Positions 16,660-25,246 of a stretch of DNA of 31,801 nucleotides are shown piece by piece. Source of the stretch: an archaeon (GTDB lineage: Archaea > Iainarchaeota > Iainarchaeia > Iainarchaeales > 1-14-0-10-31-34); NCBI GenBank assembly GCA_043819075.1, contig JBDRFE010000067.1:1-31801 (forward strand). Reading direction: 5' to 3'. Both the position numbers and the translations under genes were made by a program. The first letter of the stretch is position 1; every line of letters starts with the position of its first letter. The notes under the pieces were generated by a model. That model saw only the letters and a list, made by a program, of their open reading frames with translations. It was not told where the DNA came from and made no database searches.

Positions 16660-17163
16660 TTATTTCATTTCTTCTATTATATTTTTTCTTGCTTTTATTT
16701 CGCCTTTTTCTGCCGGATAGCCTACTGCAATAGCACAGATTACGTCAAGGTTTTCAGGCAGTTTCAGGATTTTTTTTGTTTCCTCTAAATTGACTTTTCC
16801 AATCCAACAGCTTCCTAACTCTAATTCAACTGCCTGTAACATCAAGTTTTCAATGCTTGCAGCAACATCAATCGGATTATACCTTGAATGAGAGCCTTCA
16901 CCGAATTTTTCGTTAATTGCTTTTTTGTCCCCGCATGCAATAATTATTAACTGAACTTTTTTCACCCAGTCCTGGTGGAATGCAGGCAAAATTTTTTCTT
17001 TTGCTTTTCCTGTTAAAAAAAAGAATTTTCTTGCCTGAACATTTCCTGCGCTCGGCGCCCAAATTAAAGCCTGCTTTAATAATTCAATTTTTTCTTGTTC
17101 AATTTCTTTGTCTTTGTATTCTCTTATGCTGCGCCTGCTCAAAATTGCTTCTTTTACATGCAT
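16660..17163 (-). CDS. Nitroreductase family protein
   Basis: AILSRRSIREY, APSAGNVQ, DVAASIENLMLQAVELELGSCWIG, AVGYP. Confidence 0.93.
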   Translation of the reverse strand: MHVKEAILSRRSIREYKDKEIEQEKIELLKQALIWAPSAGNVQARKFFFLTGKAKEKILPAFHQDWVKKVQLIIIACGDKKAINEKFGEGSHSRYNPIDVAASIENLMLQAVELELGSCWIGKVNLEETKKILKLPENLDVICAIAVGYPAEKGEIKARKNIIEEMK

Positions 17164-17201
17164 TTTTTGGCCTCAATTTATTTTAAGGTGTTTCAGTTGT
17201 T

Positions 17202-17843
17202 CTATTCTGAAACTTCCTTTGATTTTTTTCTGTTTCCCCATTTTTTGCCTGTGAATTTTTTCAGGGCTTTCCATCTTCTTCCAGTCCATTTCATTAAAAT
17301 CTGCCTTGGTTTCTTGAATCCAACTGGAATTGCAACAGCGCTTGCAATAATGTAATGCGGCCAGCCTAAATACATTCCAATTGGTGAAAGAATTGTTTTC
17401 CAGATTCTTATTGTTCCCTGCTTTAAATTGGCTTTTCTTCCAAAATAGTCAGCGGTTTTTGCTGCCACAAACCCGCCTGCGCCTGCCCCGACAATATTCC
17501 ATTTTTTTGCAAATACTGAATCAGCCACGTTTGATAAAAACTCTGATGGAATCTGAATCAAAATTTTTTCCCCTTGCTGGAGTACTGCCTGCCTGAGTTC
17601 TGGTGCATACTGCTGTAACAAGTAATCCGCTCCTGCTGCAGCAACCAGTGTTCCAGCAGTAATCAATCCTGTCCTGACAATCATTCCAAATTTTGTTCTG
17701 CCCTGCCTGTTAACTTTTCTTATTTCAGCTTTTTTCTTGCGTAATGCAAGTTTTTGTTTTGCTTTATTGAGTTTTTGTGTTGCTATCTGTTCTCTTGTAA
17801 TCTTTTTTGGGGCAGTTGTTGGTGCTCTTTTCTTTGGCGGCAT
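17202..17843 (-). CDS. Hypothetical basic membrane-associated protein
   Basis: MPPKKRAP start, K/R-rich termini, hydrophobic Gly/Ala-rich segments. Confidence 0.65.
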   Translation of the reverse strand: MPPKKRAPTTAPKKITREQIATQKLNKAKQKLALRKKKAEIRKVNRQGRTKFGMIVRTGLITAGTLVAAAGADYLLQQYAPELRQAVLQQGEKILIQIPSEFLSNVADSVFAKKWNIVGAGAGGFVAAKTADYFGRKANLKQGTIRIWKTILSPIGMYLGWPHYIIASAVAIPVGFKKPRQILMKWTGRRWKALKKFTGKKWGNRKKSKEVSE

Positions 17844-17973
17844 ACAAGTAATTTGTAGTTTTTTATTAATAAACTTATTTGTTTTTTATTTTCAGTTTAC
17901 CCAAAGCTTTAAATAGAAAAAACCTTTATATTGTTCTATCGTGCAATTATATAATAGAGTTCGAGGGATTTAA

Positions 17974-18570
17974 TTGAATAAACTTTATGTCATTGCAGGA
18001 GCAGCAATTCTTGTTATTGCATTGTATGCGGTTTTTTTTGCCCAAAAAGAATTTTCTTTTGATTCAGGTCTGGCTGAAATTAATTTAATCTGGGAAAAAC
18101 AGGGTTTAAAACCAGCAGACCTTGTGAATCCTTTAATGGTTTATGCAACAGAACAGTCAAATTTAGCTGAATTAAAGTCTGGTTTAACTTCTTACAGAAA
18201 CTCTGTTCAGGCAATGCCTGAATCAGATGACAGAGAAAAAATTGATTTATTGCTTGAAACAGAATTAAGCCTTGTGGACAATGCTTTATTGCAGAAAAAA
18301 AACTTTGATTTAATTGATTTCTTTGATTCAAGCGGCTATGATTATAGTGTTTTATGTAATTCAATTAGCAAAGCTGAATCCCTGCAGGAAAGCCTTGTGT
18401 TGCAGAAAAACTCTGCTGAATCTTTTAATGAAAAATTAATGGCTTTCCTTGAATCTTATCCGGCTGAAGCAGAGAAAGCAGGAATTGGTTCGCTTAATCT
18501 TGAAGTGAATTCAGATGAAAAACTTTCTGAATTTGAAAGCATTGTTTCTGCCTTAAAGGTGGTTTGCTGA
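17974..18570 (+). CDS. N-terminally anchored acidic helical protein (paralog of 19769..20380)
   Basis: TTG start after GAGGG; N-terminal TM; FSFDSGLAEINLIWEK; internal LC and terminal C. Confidence 0.75.
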   Translation: MNKLYVIAGAAILVIALYAVFFAQKEFSFDSGLAEINLIWEKQGLKPADLVNPLMVYATEQSNLAELKSGLTSYRNSVQAMPESDDREKIDLLLETELSLVDNALLQKKNFDLIDFFDSSGYDYSVLCNSISKAESLQESLVLQKNSAESFNEKLMAFLESYPAEAEKAGIGSLNLEVNSDEKLSEFESIVSALKVVC

Positions 18571-19772
18571 TGAAAAAAATGCTTCTGCTAATTGCATTAA
18601 TCTGTTTTTTGTCTTTTGTCCATTCAGAGGAACTTAAAGAAATAACCTGTTCAGGCTCTGGGAACAATTATTCAGGGGTTTTTGCTTCAAACTCTTACTG
18701 TGATATTCCTTTGGCTCAAGGCTATTTAAATGAATCAAAAATCAGGGTTGAATTTGAGGAAAATGATTACCAAAGCCAGGATGAGTTTTCTTTTGATATC
18801 AGGGTTTATTTAATGGTTTCAGGAACAGATTTATTCGGCAAAGACAAAATACAGTTAGACTGCAGTTCAATTCCATTCAAGGAAACTTTATCTATCAGCC
18901 CCGCAGACTTTCACCCGTGGTTTAGCTTAAGCGATGAAGTAATACCTTATTCCAAAAACTGCGCTGACGATTTGGTTGAACTTAATATTAAAAGACCGTC
19001 AAAAAATCAGGTTTCTTTTAAACCTGAATCAAATATTCAAGTCAAGATTGTGAATGACTTAATAACGAAATATTTTGTTGCAAAGTTTAAATACCTTGGA
19101 AAAGCCCTTTCAGGTAATCCTTCCTATGATTTTTTTGTTATAGTTGATGAAACGCCAAAAAAAATTGGCCCAGAAGAAATGATTCCCGGGACAAAAATTA
19201 AATTAACTTTGGAATCTCTTAAGAGTGAAGCAAAAAAAGCAGAATTTAAGTTAATTGATTCTAAAGACCAGACAGCCCCCTGTTTAATTGAATCAGTTCT
19301 TGGCAAAGAACCGGGTTTTGTTTCATGTGAATGGGGTTTAATAAAAATTTCCTGGAAAAGTTCAACCGGACTGCCAGAAGAAGATGAATCTGGAAAACTA
19401 AAACTTTATTTTAATCTTGAATTCAAGCCAGAAGACTCAAAAGTAGTTGAAGAAACACCCAGCTGTGAAGAAGGGGCGACAAGAGACTGCACTACTTCAG
19501 AGAATTGTTCAGGAATTCAAACTTGTGAAAACAAAAAATGGAGTTCTTGTGTTGATGTTCCAGGAGACAACTGCCCTGCAGGAAATGGCAATGGTTCAGG
19601 GGAACAGGAAATAGAATTAAATGATTCTGTGCTGATTTATTATTACGGAGACATTTTTGGTTTGGGAAAAGGCCAGGTAAAAGGATTTGAGTCAAGGGAT
19701 TTCTTTCAGGAGTACTGTGAACTGAATCCAAACATTGACAGATGCAAAATTGTTTTAGGTGGAACAAAATGA
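18570..19772 (+). CDS. Secreted protein with a C-terminal Cys-rich module
   Basis: TGATG coupling to the previous gene, SD AGGTGG, signal peptide MKKMLLLIALICFLSFVHS, CEEGATRDC...C.G.QTC....WSSC. Confidence 0.75.
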   Translation: MKKMLLLIALICFLSFVHSEELKEITCSGSGNNYSGVFASNSYCDIPLAQGYLNESKIRVEFEENDYQSQDEFSFDIRVYLMVSGTDLFGKDKIQLDCSSIPFKETLSISPADFHPWFSLSDEVIPYSKNCADDLVELNIKRPSKNQVSFKPESNIQVKIVNDLITKYFVAKFKYLGKALSGNPSYDFFVIVDETPKKIGPEEMIPGTKIKLTLESLKSEAKKAEFKLIDSKDQTAPCLIESVLGKEPGFVSCEWGLIKISWKSSTGLPEEDESGKLKLYFNLEFKPEDSKVVEETPSCEEGATRDCTTSENCSGIQTCENKKWSSCVDVPGDNCPAGNGNGSGEQEIELNDSVLIYYYGDIFGLGKGQVKGFESRDFFQEYCELNPNIDRCKIVLGGTK

Positions 19773-20380
19773 ATACAAAAGTTATTGCATTAATTGTGGC
19801 AGTTGTTTTAGTCGGCGTTTTATGGATTGTTTTTGGACAGGGACAGGAAAAAAAAGAAATAACTTTTTCTGATGGAGTAAAAGAAATCAATTCTTTGTGG
19901 GAAAAAAATAAAGTTGATTCAAGTTTTTTGGTTTCAAGTTCAGCTGCAATTTCTTTTTCTTCTTCTGACTTAGAGGCATTAAAAAATGATTTAACCGCAT
20001 TCCAGAATTCTTTGAATGATTTTAAGCAGTCAGATGAAACTGAAACCTTAAAAGATTTCACTGAAATCCATTTAATTCTGGTTGATGAAATGGAATTGGC
20101 TTTGCAGTTAAAGGAAGCAAACGACAGGCTTTCAGCAAAAGAAATCACTGGAGCAAATTTATGTTCAAATAAAACTGATTTGCAGTTTGTAGGCACAAAC
20201 ACTATTTTGTTGAATGAAAAAATGCATTCAGTGAATGAATTAATTTATGCTTTCAATGAAGTTCATCCCGGCTTAGAAGAAGAAGCAAACCTTGCTTCTT
20301 TCATTGCAGATGAAACATTTTTTTCCCAGGCAAAACTTGAGAACGAAACAGTGTTAAGCGAACTAGAGAGGTTGTGTTAA
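19769..20380 (+). CDS. N-terminally anchored acidic helical protein (paralog of 17974..18570)
   Basis: ATGA overlap, SD AGGTGG; ITFSDGVKEINSLWEK; internal LC and terminal C. Confidence 0.75.
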   Translation: MNTKVIALIVAVVLVGVLWIVFGQGQEKKEITFSDGVKEINSLWEKNKVDSSFLVSSSAAISFSSSDLEALKNDLTAFQNSLNDFKQSDETETLKDFTEIHLILVDEMELALQLKEANDRLSAKEITGANLCSNKTDLQFVGTNTILLNEKMHSVNELIYAFNEVHPGLEEEANLASFIADETFFSQAKLENETVLSELERLC

Positions 20381-20381
20381 A

Positions 20382-23300
20382 ATGAAGAAATCACTTGCAT
20401 TAATTTTTTTGGTTTTGTTTTTCGCTTCAACTGTTTTTTCAGAGAATTACAGTTACGATGATTCAGGAAAAGTTGTAGTTGACCCGAATTATTCTGCCCA
20501 GCTGATTTCATCTGTTTTAACCGGCAATGCCTTGAGTTCACTGGATTCAAGTTCATCCCAGACAGCATTGTCTTATTCATATTTCTGGGATTCTTCTACA
20601 GAAAAAACTGTTTTAGTCGGATTAAGAAAAGGCAGTGCTTACAGGATAATAAGAAACAGTGCTTACAGGATAATAAGAAATCCAGAAGAATTTTCTTCTT
20701 ACTGGATTAAAGTAAATGATATTTCTGAAGACGAAGTAGAGGTTTCAATCGGAATTCTTCCGCTTCTTGCAAACAAAACCGAGAATGCTTCAATTTACAG
20801 TTTCCTTGAATTTGACTGCGATGAAGATTTGATGGCAGACAATGCAATGGAAATTCCAGTTAAAGGAAAGAAAACCTGTTCTTCGGCTGAACTTGGAGGC
20901 GGAACAATTACAGTTGAAGTTACATCTGTTTCAACTGCTTTTAATGGTGTTGCATCACTTGAAGTTGAATTCATTGAAGGAACTGAAGGCAAGAGAATGG
21001 CTGAAACAGGAAAAGAAGAGTTTCTGACAAATAAATCTGAAGCTGGCTTTTTTATTGACAAAAAAATAAAGCTTGAAGGATATCCGTTTTACAGGGTTCC
21101 AGGCTACGGTGACCCATTAGTTATTCCAAACCCTGAAGCATTTGATAAACCCGACAGGGTTTTTTTCAGGATTTCTGGTTCAATGCTCAGTGCTTACATT
21201 GATGCAGAGCAGAAGCCGTTTGTTAACACAGCTTTGCCTGCATCAAAAGAAACAGTTGTTTTAAGGGTTTTGTTGAGTTCTGAACTCTGGAGCCTTGTTT
21301 CAGAAGGAAAAATACAGGCAAAACTTTTTGACAGCCAGGGAAAAGAATTTTCTCTTGACTTAATAAGTGTTGCAGGAAAGTATTTAACGCAAAAAGTCCC
21401 AAAAAATACTTATTTTTTGAAGATTATTCCTGTCAGCCCTTTATACAAGGAATGGACTTCAGGAGAATTTAAAGTTTCATCAAACCCGTCGGACATAATG
21501 ATTCTGAAAGGAACTGCGGATGCAATAAAAAAGGATTCAGTTGAAGTTACAGTTAAAATGTCTGACTCTGTTGTTAATGCATTGGATTCAGTTGGAGTTG
21601 TTCCAGAAGTAACTGATAGTTCAGGACAGGAAATGGCTGTTAATTTAACTTTTGAAAAAAAGCTTGGCTCAAATTATCTGGTAATCCCGACTCCATTTGG
21701 AACTCCTATAACAATAAGCCTCCCTGAAACAACTGCAACAAAATCTTATAAAGAAAAAATTGATGCATTCAATGTCCAGCCTTATACAACAATAACAATC
21801 CCTGATACAATAATCAAGCAAGGAGCAGTAATTGAGCCAACAGAAACTTTTCAGGTTAGTTTTTTGGTTAACGAAAAACAGTTTGAATTGCTTGAAAAAA
21901 ATGGCTTGAGTTCAGTCAGGTTCAGGTTGTTTGAAAAACAAGGCGACAATTACATAATTTCTGACAAAGAATTTTACTCAAAAGTTTATTTTGAAGAAAA
22001 GGTAACAGATAGCTTTTTTGCTAACCTCCCAAGAGGCGCAGAATACAATTTAATCATTAAAGGCTCATTGAATTCAATGTATTATAATTATTATTCCAAG
22101 ACAGGGAAAACAATTGTTGTTCCGGATTCAGTTGTTCCTCTTCCGATTGTAGTTGACTTAACAAAAGAATTTTTCGGGGAAAGCGATTCACTGCTTGTAG
22201 ACAATCCTGTTTTAGAAGGAAAGAAAGCAGAAATGCAGGCAGCAGCTTCAACAACAGGAAAATTCTCTAATTTGCAGGTAAAGTCAGTTAACGGACAAAC
22301 CTGCAATAAAGTCTGTGGCACCAATCCAGAAGAAAACATTCCATATCATATTGTTTACTTAGATAAAGGGGTTTCACAGGTTTTAATTTCACTTGAAAAC
22401 TTTGAAACAGGAAAGCCGGTTTTCTTTTCAATAGGAGAAAAAGGCAAAACAGTTCAGGCAAAAATAGTTGACCTGAATTCAACTTTAGAGTACCCGATTA
22501 AATCAGGTGCACTTGAATTTGATTTTTCTCAAGTAAAATCCGGATTAAAGTTTTCTGTTTTATCTTATTCAGGGCAAGAAATAAAGATTACAGGATGGGA
22601 TGGCACTCCAATAGAATTTTATGCCTGCCAGGACAAGACAGGAAACGGAAAATGCGATTTAACAGGATATAATTCTGATGGAACAGAAAAATTTGGGGCA
22701 ACATATGTTGAACCCAATTATGAAGCAGCTTCAATTGAAGTGCAGGAAGCAAAAGAGGTTGCGCAAGGCAAAGCAGAGGTTTCAATGGTAATTGAATACA
22801 ATTTAGACATTAAATGCAATATTCCAGAGCCAGTTGGAGAAGAACCTGATTACTGCCCTGAATTAGTAGATGCTGCAGGACCAAAAGCTTTGGAGAAAGC
22901 AAAACAAATAATTGAAGAAACAACTTCAGGGGAAACAACTTTCATTGGGCCAGACAAAATAGTTATTGTAATCAACAAAAGCACAGGCACAATTAACATA
23001 GGCAATATTACAATTGAAGGAGACACTTATGTATTTAATTTTGCTCCGGACAACGCAGTTGATTTAAGCAGGGAAAAACAGGAAATCAAGTTAACTGTAA
23101 CTGTTCAGGATAAAGGAGAAAAAATTCTTGTGTATGAAAGGTTTGGCGAGCAAAATCAGGATTGTGTTATTGCAATGCAGAGTGCTTACAAGTTTGACAA
23201 AGAAATTGAAAGCAATGCAGAATTGTTTTCAGTTAATCCAAATCTTTTAAGGGCAATGATTTATTCTGAAAGCTCTTTTAATAAAGACTTAAAGCATGAA

Positions 23301-23828
23301 GACGGAGCAGATTATTCTTATGGCTTAATGCAGTTGTATGGATTAAATGAAAGCACATGGAAAGACATTCTTGGCTCTGACTGGAAAACAACTGAAAGCT
23401 GGAAGAACCCTGAATTAAACATTAAAGCAGGAACAAGGTTTTTTGTTAAAGTAGTAAAAGAAGTTGAAGGATTAAACTGCAATAATTTTTCAAAAATATT
23501 GACTGCTACGGGAATTGCTCAAGCAACCTGGAAGGATGCATTAAGTGTTGCAGCATACAACAGCGGGTTAGGCGGGGTTTCCTGCACTGAAATCAAGGCA
23601 AACAGCACAAGAAAAACCCATGTGCCTAGAGTGCTTGCATGGTACAGGACTTTTGAAGAAAATTACGGAAAAGAAGTTGAATTAGGCAGTGATTACTGTA
23701 AGCCAACTTTTGCAACAGAAACACCAGTTATTTCAGTGCCAGAAGCATGTAAAACATGTAATACAATAATGGAATGCCTTGCCTGCATGGATTACAAGTT
23801 TGTTTCAGGAGTATTCACTTCTTCTTGA
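20382..23828 (+). CDS. Large secreted protein with a C-terminal soluble lytic transglycosylase (SLT/GH23) domain
   Basis: Signal peptide; VNPNLLRAMIYSESSFN (catalytic Glu codon 23268-23270), SYGLMQL, NPELNIKAGTRF, AAYNSG, HVPRVL. Confidence 0.85.
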   Translation: MKKSLALIFLVLFFASTVFSENYSYDDSGKVVVDPNYSAQLISSVLTGNALSSLDSSSSQTALSYSYFWDSSTEKTVLVGLRKGSAYRIIRNSAYRIIRNPEEFSSYWIKVNDISEDEVEVSIGILPLLANKTENASIYSFLEFDCDEDLMADNAMEIPVKGKKTCSSAELGGGTITVEVTSVSTAFNGVASLEVEFIEGTEGKRMAETGKEEFLTNKSEAGFFIDKKIKLEGYPFYRVPGYGDPLVIPNPEAFDKPDRVFFRISGSMLSAYIDAEQKPFVNTALPASKETVVLRVLLSSELWSLVSEGKIQAKLFDSQGKEFSLDLISVAGKYLTQKVPKNTYFLKIIPVSPLYKEWTSGEFKVSSNPSDIMILKGTADAIKKDSVEVTVKMSDSVVNALDSVGVVPEVTDSSGQEMAVNLTFEKKLGSNYLVIPTPFGTPITISLPETTATKSYKEKIDAFNVQPYTTITIPDTIIKQGAVIEPTETFQVSFLVNEKQFELLEKNGLSSVRFRLFEKQGDNYIISDKEFYSKVYFEEKVTDSFFANLPRGAEYNLIIKGSLNSMYYNYYSKTGKTIVVPDSVVPLPIVVDLTKEFFGESDSLLVDNPVLEGKKAEMQAAASTTGKFSNLQVKSVNGQTCNKVCGTNPEENIPYHIVYLDKGVSQVLISLENFETGKPVFFSIGEKGKTVQAKIVDLNSTLEYPIKSGALEFDFSQVKSGLKFSVLSYSGQEIKITGWDGTPIEFYACQDKTGNGKCDLTGYNSDGTEKFGATYVEPNYEAASIEVQEAKEVAQGKAEVSMVIEYNLDIKCNIPEPVGEEPDYCPELVDAAGPKALEKAKQIIEETTSGETTFIGPDKIVIVINKSTGTINIGNITIEGDTYVFNFAPDNAVDLSREKQEIKLTVTVQDKGEKILVYERFGEQNQDCVIAMQSAYKFDKEIESNAELFSVNPNLLRAMIYSESSFNKDLKHEDGADYSYGLMQLYGLNESTWKDILGSDWKTTESWKNPELNIKAGTRFFVKVVKEVEGLNCNNFSKILTATGIAQATWKDALSVAAYNSGLGGVSCTEIKANSTRKTHVPRVLAWYRTFEENYGKEVELGSDYCKPTFATETPVISVPEACKTCNTIMECLACMDYKFVSGVFTSS
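20633..20680 (+). repeat. Perfect in-frame 24-bp tandem duplication
   Basis: CAGTGCTTACAGGATAATAAGAAA twice, giving SAYRIIRN-SAYRIIRN. Confidence 0.95.
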
Positions 23829-23914
23829 ACTTAAACAAAACGCAAAGACTAAACAGAAAAGAATTTAAATCAAAACAGCTTAATCTATCTAATTGTGTTT
23901 TTGGTGGGTTTTGG

Positions 23915-24634
23915 TTGAGCGAATTAACTGCTTTGTTGAAGAGAATTGGATTAAATGAATATGAGTCAAGGGTTTACTCTGTTTTAAATTCTGCTTCAAG
24001 CATGACTGCATCAGATATCAGCAGAAAAGGCGCTATTCCAAGGGCAAGAGTCTATGATGTTTTACTCTCTTTGGAAAAAAAAGGCTTTGTAATGGTGTCA
24101 GTCGGCAGGCCTGTTTCTTTTAAGCCGGTTGAGCCTGAAAAAGCTTTAATGAATTTTGAGAAACAAAAAAGACAGTTGTTTGAAAATGAATTAAAGGAAA
24201 TGAATTCCTTGAAAGAAATCCTGAAAAAAAATTTCAGCCAGAAAAACCCTTCAGAAGAAGACTTTTCAGGGGCATGGAGTATTTCAGGTAACCAGATAAA
24301 CCACATAATAGAATCATCGTTAAAGAATGCAAAGGAAAGCGTTGTAATTTCCACTTCAGAGGCTAATGCATTAAAGAAAATAGAGGCATTTGATTCAAAA
24401 TTCAGGGCTTTAAAGGCAAGGGATGTTAAGCTAAAATTCCTTTTATCTTCTGTTTCAGGGAAAATCGGCAAAGAGTTAAGTGATTTCACTGCAATAAAGT
24501 CAAAGAGCAACTTAAGGTTTATGGTGTTTGATGAAAAAAAAGTTTTGTTGTTTTTGAATGAAAGAAAAGAAGAAAATGAAAGGGCTTTATTGCTTGAAAA
24601 CCCTTTTATTGCAAAATATTTAAGCCAGCTTTAG
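23915..24634 (+). CDS. TrmB family transcriptional regulator
   Basis: TTG start after GGTGG; LKRIGLNEYESRVY...IPRARVYDVLLSLEKKGFV..GRP; C-terminal PLD-like sensor domain. Confidence 0.9.
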   Translation: MSELTALLKRIGLNEYESRVYSVLNSASSMTASDISRKGAIPRARVYDVLLSLEKKGFVMVSVGRPVSFKPVEPEKALMNFEKQKRQLFENELKEMNSLKEILKKNFSQKNPSEEDFSGAWSISGNQINHIIESSLKNAKESVVISTSEANALKKIEAFDSKFRALKARDVKLKFLLSSVSGKIGKELSDFTAIKSKSNLRFMVFDEKKVLLFLNERKEENERALLLENPFIAKYLSQL

Positions 24635-24694
24635 GATTAAAGTAGTTTGCTGAATTCTTCTACAATTAAGTTTATATGCATTTTGATTGCTATT

Positions 24695-24712
24695 AGATAT
24701 TAGTTGATATCT
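24695..24712. promoter_or_regulatory. Inverted repeat AGATAT-N6-ATATCT, candidate operator
   Basis: Lies between the TATA-like TTTATAT (24671-24677) and the start of a small winged-helix gene. Confidence 0.45.
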
Positions 24713-24725
24713 TTTAGTGATTTTT

Positions 24726-24998
24726 ATGTTAAAGCAAGTTCAGAAATTTAGGCATTCCCCCACTTTAAATACTGTTCTTATGGTTGAGAATGTTTTAAAG
24801 AATATGAATGAAAGTGTTGTTTCTATTGCAGAGCTTAAAAGAAAACTTCCTAGCCAAGTTAATCATAATACTTTAATGGTTGTTCTTGAGTATCTGGAAG
24901 AAAGCAACAAAATTGCTGTTTCTTTGAAAGGGATTACCTGGATTCATAACTCTAATCCTATTTTGAGGAAAGTTGTTTCCAGAGGCCTTGAATTATGA
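24726..24998 (+). CDS. Small winged-helix-like protein, putative antitoxin
   Basis: SPTLNTVLMVE...SIAELKRKLP..VNHNTL..VLEYLEESNKI...GITWI; ATGA overlap with the next gene. Confidence 0.6.
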   Translation: MLKQVQKFRHSPTLNTVLMVENVLKNMNESVVSIAELKRKLPSQVNHNTLMVVLEYLEESNKIAVSLKGITWIHNSNPILRKVVSRGLEL

Positions 24999-25210
24999 AA
25001 ACTGTTAAAGTTATTCTTTCTCCTGAAGCAGAAGAAGTTTATAATTATTTGAATAAGGAGTCTGTTTTGTTCAGGGTTGAACTTCCAAGTTATTGGAGAA
25101 TGCTTTATTCTCTTACTGACGGAGAAACTAAAATTGAAATAATTGCTTTTGTTTTGGATTTAATTGACCATCCAACTTACAATAAAAAATTCGGCTACAA
25201 GAAAAGATAA
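24995..25210 (+). CDS. RelE-like toxin homolog, apparently shortened internally
   Basis: VKVILSPEAEEVY joined directly to LFRVELPSYWRMLYSL...IIAFVLDLIDHPTYNKKFGY. Confidence 0.55.
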   Translation: MKTVKVILSPEAEEVYNYLNKESVLFRVELPSYWRMLYSLTDGETKIEIIAFVLDLIDHPTYNKKFGYKKR

Positions 25211-25246
25211 CACATTTTTCTTCTTTTCATATGCAAAAAAGAGAAA

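Noticed and set aside
17974..23828. Provirus or conjugative element as the source of the SLT gene
   Set aside because: No integrase, capsid, terminase, VirB4 or relaxase genes in the window, and composition matches the flanking chromosome.
23774..23914. N-terminal extension of the TrmB ORF
   Set aside because: Overlaps the previous gene; the SD-preceded TTG at 23915 matches the family start.
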